Virus record (IMG/VR): IMGVR_UViG_3300020050_013219
Source: a virus
Lineage: Duplodnaviria > Heunggongvirae > Uroviricota > Caudoviricetes
Strand: one strand, 5' to 3'
DNA length: 64,000 bases
Position numbers and translations under genes: made by a program
The notes under the pieces: model-generated
Told to the model about the DNA's origin: nothing
The model's database searches: none
Seen by the model: only the letters and a program-made list of their open reading frames with translations
In this document: positions 27,927 through 36,136 of the stretch, one piece after another
Layout: every line of letters starts with the position of its first letter
Position numbering within the stretch: position 1 is the first letter of the stretch

Positions 27927-28296
27927 AAAAGTAGAAAATCCAGTTTATATTTTCAAAAGACTTGAACTTGTCAGTGATGTTAGAAGTTTACAAGTAATTC
28001 AAACAAAATTTGAACCAACTGTATTAAAACATGGAGATATAGTTTATCATTCATACTTCAAGCATTATGTAGTTCTTGTCAAGAAAAAGAAAAGCATGTG
28101 GACTGTATTAATGATTACAAGTGATGAACTGTTAGAAGCTACTATTCCTGTTAATAGTAGATTTATCAAAGGATTCATTTGTAATCAATTAATACAACTG
28201 CATGAAGATACTCTTAAAACAATGAACTTTTCAGGTATTTATGACAATCATAAGCAACTTAGAGAAGTTTATAAAAATTTAAAAATTGTATTATGA
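27904..28296 (+). CDS. Hypothetical protein
   Basis: 130 aa ORF. Confidence 0.55.
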   Translation: MTKQQLLEKVENPVYIFKRLELVSDVRSLQVIQTKFEPTVLKHGDIVYHSYFKHYVVLVKKKKSMWTVLMITSDELLEATIPVNSRFIKGFICNQLIQLHEDTLKTMNFSGIYDNHKQLREVYKNLKIVL

Positions 28297-28460
28297 ACTT
28301 AACACAAACAGAAATATATCTAATTTTAGAAGCATTAAATCTTCATTATTTGGGGATTTACAGAGTTCTTGAAAAACCTGATAAATTGGGAGATATTGAG
28401 AAGAAAAATCTCATAGAAACTCAATTGTTATTAACAGAATTAATCAATAAATTAAAATGA
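28293..28460 (+). CDS. Small ORF (55 aa) ATGA-coupled at both ends
   Basis: Hand-translated MNLTQTEIYLILEALNLHYLGIYRVLEKPDKLGDIEKKNLIETQLLLTELINKLK. It fills what would otherwise be a 160-nt gap. Confidence 0.45.
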   Translation: MNLTQTEIYLILEALNLHYLGIYRVLEKPDKLGDIEKKNLIETQLLLTELINKLK

Positions 28461-30592
28461 ATTTTCAAACATTATTAACTAAAATCCAGTCTCAATTTGA
28501 GGCTATGTGTGCCACAGGTAAGTTGTATATTTCTTCAGTTGATGGAGAAACATTATGGCAGACTTATCTTAGTTCCTTTAAACCTAAAAATAATCCTATT
28601 TGGAGGGTAAATTCAGAACATGATGGTAGAAATGACCACAACTTTTTCCGTAGATATGCAAATATCGTTGCAATCAAAAATGGTAAAATTATTTCTATTT
28701 TTGATACAATTGTAGATGAAGAATATGCTGACAGCTATAATGCTTGCAAAGAATTATTGACAAATGCTCCTATTGAAGGTGTATTTGTTCAAACTTACAA
28801 TAAACTTGTGAATCTTCCTTATGAAAAATCTAAGCCTAATCAAGCTTATTACAGATTGGGCATGGAGAAAAATCATGTGCAGTATAAAGCTGATAATGCT
28901 ACTACTTTGGAAAGTGAAAAGGCAAAAGGCAAAGAGATTGGTAAAGTTTATACTTTTTATCATTACAGTATCAATATCCCTAAGCAATTCATTGACTTTT
29001 CAAATAAATCCAAAGAATCAATTTTTGGAGAGTTGCAAACAACGAAACAATTATTTCAAAAAGGTTTGTTAATTCCTTTGGAAACACTTGAACTTGTGAG
29101 AGATTTGATTCAGCAAGGTTCTTTGTATAGAGGAGATATTTATCTTCAAAAAGTTCTTGACTTTATCAAAATAAGAAAAGATTATGAACTTTCCACAAAC
29201 AAAGAGTTTTTCATTCTTGAAAACTTTTGGAAGACACCATTTGCAAGATTTGCCAATGAATTAATAGGAACAACTTGTATTGAACTTGCAGAAGGAAAAG
29301 AAATTAATAAAGTAGTTGATAGTTTCAATTTTAGAGTTGACCCTGTTAATTATCAAAAAGCTAAAAATCTTGAAGTATCTGAAAAAGCAAAAGCAGAAGC
29401 TGAAAAGAAATTGAAAGATTTAGGTTATTTGACTGAAACAAACAATTCTTTCAACAGAAGATATGCTACTATTGAAGATATTAATGTTAGTGAAATAAAA
29501 CATACTAATGTTGATAACACAGTAGAGAAACCACTTGGCTTGTTTGGTAAAGTAGGAGTTCCAACAACAGGATTTAGCAGACATAAAAGAGCTGAATTTG
29601 ATAAAGTAGAAAGTGTTACTATTGACAAGTTTATGAAAGATATTCTTCCGACTGTTACAAGTATGGAAGTATTCTTGGAGAACAAATTCAATAATAATTT
29701 AGTTGCTTTATTTACAGCAGCAGAAGAAGCTAAAAATCTAATGAAATGGAGTAATCCTTTTAGTTGGACTTATGAAAATAACTTGTCAGGAGTTTCTCAA
29801 ATCAAAGAACAGGTTAAGTCCAAAGGTGGGAAAGTTGATGGTGTACTTAGATTTAGCATGATGTGGGCTGATGGTAATGGTGATAACAGTGATTTAGATT
29901 TACATTGCATTGAACCAAGTGGTAATGAAATAATGTTTAATAATAATTACAATAGTAGAACAGGTGGAAATCTTGATATTGACATTACACAACCAAATGG
30001 TAGATTAGCAGTGGAAAATATTACTTTTCCAAATCTAAGCAAAATGCAAGAAGGAGTTTATAAATTATTTGTTCGTCAATTTGCGGCAAGAAACTCAAAA
30101 GGTTTTAAAGCAGAAGTTGAATTTAATGGAGAATTATATTCTTATTCTTATAATCAAGCTGTTTATGGAGATATTCATGTAGCAGAAGTTACTTTAAAAA
30201 ATGGAATATTTTCTATTAAACATATACTTCCTGCAACAGAAGGAGAAGCAGCTAATAGAACTATTTGGAATCTTGAAACAAATCAATTTCATAAAGTAAA
30301 TTTAGTTTGTGAATCTCCTAATCATTGGGGAGATAACAAAATTGGAACAAAAGAATATTTCTTTATGTTACAAGATTGTAAGTCAGACAAAGCCATGAGA
30401 ACATATCATATTGACCAGTTAAATTCTGAACTTATTCCTGAAAGAAAGGCTTTGGAACTTTTAGGTCAATATATGACTATTGAACCTGCTGAAAAACAAT
30501 TAGCAGGATTAGGATTTAATAGTACGGTTAAAGGAGAAGTTATTGTTAAAGTAAAAGGTTCTCATCAAAGAGTATTAAAAATTCAATTATAA
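28457..30592 (+). CDS. Large hypothetical protein (711 aa) with a Gly/Asp-rich motif 'MMWADGNGDNSDLDLHCIEPSGNEIMFNNNYNSRTGGNLDIDITQPNG'
   Basis: Longest ORF of the early region. I could not place the motif in a named family. Confidence 0.75.
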   Translation: MNFQTLLTKIQSQFEAMCATGKLYISSVDGETLWQTYLSSFKPKNNPIWRVNSEHDGRNDHNFFRRYANIVAIKNGKIISIFDTIVDEEYADSYNACKELLTNAPIEGVFVQTYNKLVNLPYEKSKPNQAYYRLGMEKNHVQYKADNATTLESEKAKGKEIGKVYTFYHYSINIPKQFIDFSNKSKESIFGELQTTKQLFQKGLLIPLETLELVRDLIQQGSLYRGDIYLQKVLDFIKIRKDYELSTNKEFFILENFWKTPFARFANELIGTTCIELAEGKEINKVVDSFNFRVDPVNYQKAKNLEVSEKAKAEAEKKLKDLGYLTETNNSFNRRYATIEDINVSEIKHTNVDNTVEKPLGLFGKVGVPTTGFSRHKRAEFDKVESVTIDKFMKDILPTVTSMEVFLENKFNNNLVALFTAAEEAKNLMKWSNPFSWTYENNLSGVSQIKEQVKSKGGKVDGVLRFSMMWADGNGDNSDLDLHCIEPSGNEIMFNNNYNSRTGGNLDIDITQPNGRLAVENITFPNLSKMQEGVYKLFVRQFAARNSKGFKAEVEFNGELYSYSYNQAVYGDIHVAEVTLKNGIFSIKHILPATEGEAANRTIWNLETNQFHKVNLVCESPNHWGDNKIGTKEYFFMLQDCKSDKAMRTYHIDQLNSELIPERKALELLGQYMTIEPAEKQLAGLGFNSTVKGEVIVKVKGSHQRVLKIQL

Positions 30593-30804
30593 TGTCAAAA
30601 ATAATAGAAATAACAGAAGTTAAACCTTCAATTTCAACATTACCTGATGGTAATTATTTAGGAGTTTTATCTGGATATGTGATAAAGCTAAAATACAAAG
30701 ATAAATCTTACGAACTTAAAGTTAATAATGGAATCAGAGGAACATCTAATGTTCTTGTTAAGTTTGAAGATGGGGAAGGTACATTTGAATTGTTAGAAAA
30801 TTAA
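30592..30804 (+). CDS. Hypothetical protein
   Basis: 70 aa ORF with a TAATG overlap. Confidence 0.5.
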   Translation: MSKIIEITEVKPSISTLPDGNYLGVLSGYVIKLKYKDKSYELKVNNGIRGTSNVLVKFEDGEGTFELLEN

Positions 30805-30805
30805 C

Positions 30806-31099
30806 ATGACAAGCAAATTATTAAAAGAAACATATTGTTTGAGAAGAAAATATTACCTTTTCAAGCAGTATGTTTTTGATTACCAAAAGAAGTTACAAGC
30901 ATTTGAAATGTCAAATTTATTACTGGAATTTCCTGATAAACAAGAACATTTTGATTCAATGTTAAAAACTTACAAACAAAGTCTTTCAGATATGTTTCAT
31001 AAATTGAAAATTATGAAAGATGAATTATCTAAATATCCACATATTCCAAACAAGTCTGAAAGAAAGAAAATCAGACAAACTAAAGCTAAAAGAAAATGA
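30806..31099 (+). CDS. Hypothetical protein
   Basis: 97 aa ORF. Confidence 0.55.
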   Translation: MTSKLLKETYCLRRKYYLFKQYVFDYQKKLQAFEMSNLLLEFPDKQEHFDSMLKTYKQSLSDMFHKLKIMKDELSKYPHIPNKSERKKIRQTKAKRK

Positions 31100-31482
31100 A
31101 CAACGTTCTAAAAGCAAACCAAATTAAGCTCCGTTTTAATACCAATAAAGGTATGTTAAATGTAGAGCAACTTTTTGACATTTCATTAGCTGATTTATCA
31201 GCAGCAATTAAATCTTCTCATAAACTTTTAGGAGAATCTTCATTAGGAGATGATTTATCATTTCTTGGAAGTGCAACAGTAAGTGTAGCAAATCAAACAG
31301 AGCAACTTAGATTTGATGTAATGAAAGAAATATATCAACTGAGAAAATCTGAACTTGATGCTGCTAAAGAAGCAAAAGAAATTAAAGCTCATAATGAGAA
31401 AATTGATGCTTTGATTGCTCAAAAACAAGACCAAAAATTGACAGAAATGTCAGTTGATGATTTGATGAAATTACGCAAATGA
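31096..31482 (+). CDS. Hypothetical coiled-coil protein
   Basis: 128 aa ORF. Confidence 0.55.
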   Translation: MNNVLKANQIKLRFNTNKGMLNVEQLFDISLADLSAAIKSSHKLLGESSLGDDLSFLGSATVSVANQTEQLRFDVMKEIYQLRKSELDAAKEAKEIKAHNEKIDALIAQKQDQKLTEMSVDDLMKLRK

Positions 31483-31640
31483 AAAACATAATATTCTTTA
31501 TCTTAGCAGCAATATTAACCCTGTATAGTTTAACTTTTACAGGTCATTATTTTTTACAATATCCTATTACTATTGTAGTAGGATATTTACTTTATTTTTC
31601 AGTTTTATTTCAATTTTACAAACTAATTCAAAAATTATGA
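31479..31640 (+). CDS. Small two-TM membrane protein (53 aa), ATGA-coupled to both neighbours; NfeD-like partner candidate of the SPFH gene
   Basis: Hand-translated MKNIIFFILAAILTLYSLTFTGHYFLQYPITIVVGYLLYFSVLFQFYKLIQKL. Confidence 0.45.
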   Translation: MKNIIFFILAAILTLYSLTFTGHYFLQYPITIVVGYLLYFSVLFQFYKLIQKL

Positions 31641-32476
31641 AAAAATTATTAGGTATTTTAACAATTTGTTTTATGATTGCTTGTACAACTATTCAGCAAA
31701 ATGAAGAAGGTGTAGCAATTCACAGAACTGAAACAGACAGCTCTAAGGTTTACAGCTCTGTAAAGGGTAGAATGTTTACTTTCTTTGATTGGAATACAGA
31801 TTATATTCATATTCCTATGTATCAACAAAAAGGTACAATTTCTTCTCAAGAAGTAAAAACAAGTGATAGAACAACTTTTACACTTGATAGTATTATTTAT
31901 ACTTATCAACCTAACAGAGGACATGGTCAGCAAATAACAAAGCAATTTAGACAATTTGCTAATAACGCAGAATTTCTTGATATGGTAGAAGACCAAGTGT
32001 TTGAGATTACTTTACGTGCTTTGATGAGAGATTTAACACTTAAATTTACTTCTGATTCATTATTATCTCATACAAATAATTATGTTGCAGCTTTGAGAGA
32101 AGGTTTGAACAAAGAATTTAATAATAAAGGTTTTGATTTTCAGACTATTACAATGAATATCCATGAGCCAGAAGCTATTAAAAAAATCATGGAAGCTAAA
32201 TCTAATTCTATACAACAAGCTGAAGCTGCAAAGGCTAAAGCTACTGAAGCTCAATCAAGAACTCTTATCATTGAAGCTGAACAAAAAAGTAGAATAGCAG
32301 AAGCAAAAGCTGATTTGGAAGTAGCAACTTTGGAAGCTGAATCACGTAAAGTTACTGTAAATTCTTATTCTCCTGCTTATTTGGAATATTTGAGAATCTA
32401 TTATTGGGGAGAAGCAAAATGTCCACCTCAAACAATATTCTATAATGGAAATCAAAGAGTTGAGTTAAACAAATAA
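31637..32476 (+). CDS. SPFH/Band-7 (stomatin/HflKC-like) domain lipoprotein
   Basis: Lipobox '...FMIAC'. SPFH-like core 'TSDRTTFTLDSIIYTYQ ... ALREGLNKEFNNKGFDFQTITMNIHEPEAIKKIMEAK'. Ala/Glu-rich C-terminal coiled coil 'AEAAKAKATEAQSRTLIIEAEQKSRIAEAKADLE'. Confidence 0.6.
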   Translation: MKKLLGILTICFMIACTTIQQNEEGVAIHRTETDSSKVYSSVKGRMFTFFDWNTDYIHIPMYQQKGTISSQEVKTSDRTTFTLDSIIYTYQPNRGHGQQITKQFRQFANNAEFLDMVEDQVFEITLRALMRDLTLKFTSDSLLSHTNNYVAALREGLNKEFNNKGFDFQTITMNIHEPEAIKKIMEAKSNSIQQAEAAKAKATEAQSRTLIIEAEQKSRIAEAKADLEVATLEAESRKVTVNSYSPAYLEYLRIYYWGEAKCPPQTIFYNGNQRVELNK

Positions 32477-32483
32477 TTCATTA

Positions 32484-32515
32484 GGAAGCTCTTAATTGAG
32501 CTTTCTTTTAACTTT
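32484..32515 (+). terminator. Intrinsic terminator candidate (stem ggaagctc/gagctttc with one G-U pair, loop ttaatt, then ttttaactttttatt)
   Basis: Read directly, 8 nt after the stop of the SPFH gene. Confidence 0.55.
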
Positions 32516-32520
32516 TTATT

Positions 32521-32895
32521 ATGAGTAATGAACAAAAATTAACCAAACTCCTGCAAATTGCAGTTGAGAATGGATATAAATTACCTTATTTACTTGACAA
32601 TAAGGATAAGTTTATAATTGATGTAAATAAAAACATTCTTGTTATTTATACTAATTATAGATATGACAACAATATAGATAATGACCTTATTTTAAATTGG
32701 GAAGAAGGTCAAATTGGTTTTATTGATGCTATTGAAGAAGGTTTTTATAAATATCATACTGAACATTCTGATGCAGTTTTAATGGTAGAATATCCTTATA
32801 AATCATTTTCTCAACAATTTAGAACACAATGGGTAAATTTACCAACTTCTCAAAGACTTAATTATTTATTCACTACTTTTAAACATTTATTATGA
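32521..32895 (+). CDS. Hypothetical protein
   Basis: 124 aa ORF. Confidence 0.55.
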   Translation: MSNEQKLTKLLQIAVENGYKLPYLLDNKDKFIIDVNKNILVIYTNYRYDNNIDNDLILNWEEGQIGFIDAIEEGFYKYHTEHSDAVLMVEYPYKSFSQQFRTQWVNLPTSQRLNYLFTTFKHLL

Positions 32896-33146
32896 AATAT
32901 CATTATTCGTTTTATGCTTTAAAAGCATTAGAAGCATTTTTAAAAACAGCTTATCCTGATATAAAAATATCTATTGAGAATGAAGTATTGGACTGTGGGT
33001 GTATAGAAATAGCTTATAAGTTAGGACAATATGACGTAGATTTATATTATCTTGGAAGTACAAGAGTAAGCTTAGGTTCAATGAGTGTTGAACAAATAGC
33101 TGATTTAATTTACATATTACATCACAACAAAGAATCCTTTACATGA
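32892..33146 (+). CDS. Hypothetical protein
   Basis: 84 aa ORF. Confidence 0.5.
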   Translation: MKYHYSFYALKALEAFLKTAYPDIKISIENEVLDCGCIEIAYKLGQYDVDLYYLGSTRVSLGSMSVEQIADLIYILHHNKESFT

Positions 33147-33499
33147 CAAAAGAACAATTTGAAGCTCTTAGAGCTAAACAAGATTTAACTGATTTATTTT
33201 ATCCACAAGCAATTGATTGGATGTGGGATTACTGCTTAAATCTTGGAAAATTTACTGATTCTAAAGGTGTAAATTATGATTTAGGAGTTCATTTTAATGG
33301 TAGAGAAGATATTGGTAACTTTTCATTAGCTGTTGTTTATTCAGATAAACCTGGAGATTATATTTCAGGTTATATGAAATTTGATAAATTGACACATGAT
33401 GATAATAACAATTTAGTTACTATGTTAGAATACTATAAGATGTATGGTTTTGAACATTATGTTGAAACTTGGAATAGATTACAACTATTAATAAAATGA
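33143..33499 (+). CDS. Hypothetical protein
   Basis: 118 aa ORF. Confidence 0.55.
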   Translation: MTKEQFEALRAKQDLTDLFYPQAIDWMWDYCLNLGKFTDSKGVNYDLGVHFNGREDIGNFSLAVVYSDKPGDYISGYMKFDKLTHDDNNNLVTMLEYYKMYGFEHYVETWNRLQLLIK

Positions 33500-33675
33500 C
33501 AGCGAAAATAACACAAATCTGTAATTCTTATGTGATAATGGCAGTTTATCAAAATGATAAATTCTTATCACAATATAATGTTCCTTATTCTAATGTAAAA
33601 CAGACAAATTTATCTGTTGGTCAAGAATACAATGTTGTAGATAATAATGGAGTATTAACATTTTGGTTAAAATGA
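33496..33675 (+). CDS. Small ORF (59 aa) ATGA-coupled at both ends
   Basis: Hand-translated MTAKITQICNSYVIMAVYQNDKFLSQYNVPYSNVKQTNLSVGQEYNVVDNNGVLTFWLK. Confidence 0.4.
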   Translation: MTAKITQICNSYVIMAVYQNDKFLSQYNVPYSNVKQTNLSVGQEYNVVDNNGVLTFWLK

Positions 33676-34064
33676 ACTTATCAATTAAATTTCACAATAA
33701 TGGTTGGGCAAAATTCTCTATCAATGGGAATATTCAAGATATTTCAGCCCTCACAGGATTTGGCAGATGTACTAAATCAATCGGTTTATCACTTGAGGAA
33801 GCATTACAGGCGGTTAAAGCTGATAAACAATACAAACTTATCTCTTGGTGTGAAGGTGCTGATTTAATTATAGATTTTATTCCTATACCAGAAGGTTATC
33901 AATTTGTAGCTGAAATCCAGGATGAAGATAAACCTCACAGAGTTTATGAAGTTATTTGTAATGAATTAATCGAAAAACAAAAATTAGTAATATTACTTCA
34001 AAACTTGATAGATTCTATTAATGAAGAAGAATATTTGGCTTACTTAAAATACAATGAATTATGA
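33663..34064 (+). CDS. Hypothetical protein (track start is TTG; the real start is probably the ATG at about 33672, in ATGA overlap)
   Basis: 133 aa ORF. Confidence 0.55.
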   Translation: MVKMNLSIKFHNNGWAKFSINGNIQDISALTGFGRCTKSIGLSLEEALQAVKADKQYKLISWCEGADLIIDFIPIPEGYQFVAEIQDEDKPHRVYEVICNELIEKQKLVILLQNLIDSINEEEYLAYLKYNEL

Positions 34065-34375
34065 AACAAATAATTTTTATTATAACATTGCTATTTACTT
34101 TTCAAGTAAAGGCACAAATGGAGTTAATGAGTTCTCCAAAAGTTGAAATTCTTGATACATTGAAAAATCAAGAATGGGTAAATTTTTATATGAACAAACC
34201 AGTTATATTCATCAAATTAAAGAAAGACAAAGTGGACTTTTTTTGTGATGGATATAGAAAAAGGTTAAAATACTGTTATTATTGGTGGTATAAAGCTATA
34301 AAAATCAATGACTTTGAAGTTGTAGTGTATCAATATACTTATAAAATTAAAAAATCAGAAATTGCAAGACCTTAA
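34061..34375 (+). CDS. Secreted protein (signal peptide MKQIIFIITLLFTFQVKAQ)
   Basis: 104 aa ORF. Confidence 0.55.
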   Translation: MKQIIFIITLLFTFQVKAQMELMSSPKVEILDTLKNQEWVNFYMNKPVIFIKLKKDKVDFFCDGYRKRLKYCYYWWYKAIKINDFEVVVYQYTYKIKKSEIARP

Positions 34376-34377
34376 TC

Positions 34378-35415
34378 ATGGCAACAAATAAAAAAATATT
34401 TAAAAAGAAGTTGGAAGCTTTGGAAAAGTATCATCTTACTAATCCAAGCTATTCAGAAGAAGTAAAAACTTCTGAAAAAGGAAATCATTATATTACTACT
34501 AATCAAAGTAAAGAATTAAGAACTTATAATTCTTATAATATTACAAAATCAGTAGTTGATAAGTTGGGAACTAATTTTACTTTTCCTGCAAATCAGAGAT
34601 TAATAATGCTTACTCAAACAGGTAAGTTTATTGTTAAAGAAGAAAGAGGTTGGAAAAATCTTACCAAGAAATATGGAGAATTGTACTATGTTGGTAAGAA
34701 ATTTGAATGGGTTTTGCAATATCCAGAATTAAAATATTTCAGGATTGTGAGACAATTTAGTTCTCTTAACGGCTTCAAAAAATGGCTTGAATATGAGTTT
34801 ATTTCAGATGATGAGTTTATAAGCTTGTTAAATGATAAGTTCAATGTAGAGCTTTTAATTGAGTTTAAATTGAAATCAAAAGATGAGAGAGTTAATCTTA
34901 TTAATCTTTTGAAACTCGGAGAAACTCAAACTGTAAAAGATACACTGAACATGCTTAAACAGCTCAATGTTCAGCATGAAATTCCAAAAGGTAAAAATGC
35001 TTTAAAAGAATTGCATGATAACTTATCAAGACAAATAAAGGTTAAGAATACTCCATTAATTGAAGTAAAAGTAACTTTGGAAGATTTTCATATTCCTTGG
35101 GATTACAAAATAATTCAAACAAGTTATGAACTTGTAGAAAGAGGGATTGAGAATAACCATTGTATAGGTTCTTATTACAACAGTTTGTTTAATGATGTAT
35201 TTCTTGTAATTGAAGGTTATGATTGCCATGTAAGAAAAGATTATGACAATAAATGGTATATTTCTCAAATGAGAGGTGCTTATAATAAAGGTGCAGGAAA
35301 TGAAATGTTGTCAATTATCAATACAGCTTTGGAGAAAATTAAAGTAAATATTGTAACTTTAAGTAATATTCCTGTTACAGAAGAAGTATTTTCTCTTGAT
35401 GATACTCCTTTTTAA
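34378..35415 (+). CDS. Hypothetical protein
   Basis: 345 aa ORF. Confidence 0.65.
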   Translation: MATNKKIFKKKLEALEKYHLTNPSYSEEVKTSEKGNHYITTNQSKELRTYNSYNITKSVVDKLGTNFTFPANQRLIMLTQTGKFIVKEERGWKNLTKKYGELYYVGKKFEWVLQYPELKYFRIVRQFSSLNGFKKWLEYEFISDDEFISLLNDKFNVELLIEFKLKSKDERVNLINLLKLGETQTVKDTLNMLKQLNVQHEIPKGKNALKELHDNLSRQIKVKNTPLIEVKVTLEDFHIPWDYKIIQTSYELVERGIENNHCIGSYYNSLFNDVFLVIEGYDCHVRKDYDNKWYISQMRGAYNKGAGNEMLSIINTALEKIKVNIVTLSNIPVTEEVFSLDDTPF

Positions 35416-35424
35416 ATTAAAATT

Positions 35425-36132
35425 ATGTGTATAACAGCAAACTTTTCACACTTAACAGGAACATTCATAGCTTCCTACGTTGTTGGTAGAAATCATAGAT
35501 TGATTTACCAAAATGAAACTGAAACTCAAGTTTCAAATGCTATGATATTGGCTATTCCAGGAGAAATCAAAAAACTAACTGCTTACCCAAAATCTTGGGT
35601 TTCAGACCTTTATGATAGATTAAATCCTGTACAAACAAGAGGTTTATCAAAAGGAATTTCTATTGAAAGAGTAGGTTCTTATATTGTGGGACATACTAAA
35701 AAATTAGATGAGCAAACTTCTTTTGATTTTTGTAAAGAAAATGGCTTAGAAATAAGTCAAGATATGATAAATTGGTTTCATAAGAATTATAAAAAATGGA
35801 ATTTTGTAATAGCAGTATTTAAACCTGAAAATACAGGAGAAATGCACCCTATTGCAATAGATTATAAAGCTTTTGAATGGCTAACTGATATTGCATTTAT
35901 CCCAATGGTAGAAGGACATGGAAATATTCCTGAATTATCTACGCAAAGAGTTCATCAAACAGTAATTGTAAATAATGTGGTTATTATTGGTGATAGAAAA
36001 CTTAAAACTACAAATGATGATTTGTATGTTAAATGTAATGTAGTTCCAGGATTTAATGCAGAAGATATGTTTAATAAAAAACAATTGTTTTTTGAACAAA
36101 ATCCTGAAAATTTGATTTTTTACACTAACTGA
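35425..36132 (+). CDS. Hypothetical protein immediately upstream of the DNA polymerase
   Basis: 235 aa ORF. Confidence 0.6.
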   Translation: MCITANFSHLTGTFIASYVVGRNHRLIYQNETETQVSNAMILAIPGEIKKLTAYPKSWVSDLYDRLNPVQTRGLSKGISIERVGSYIVGHTKKLDEQTSFDFCKENGLEISQDMINWFHKNYKKWNFVIAVFKPENTGEMHPIAIDYKAFEWLTDIAFIPMVEGHGNIPELSTQRVHQTVIVNNVVIIGDRKLKTTNDDLYVKCNVVPGFNAEDMFNKKQLFFEQNPENLIFYTN

Positions 36133-36136
36133 TAAT

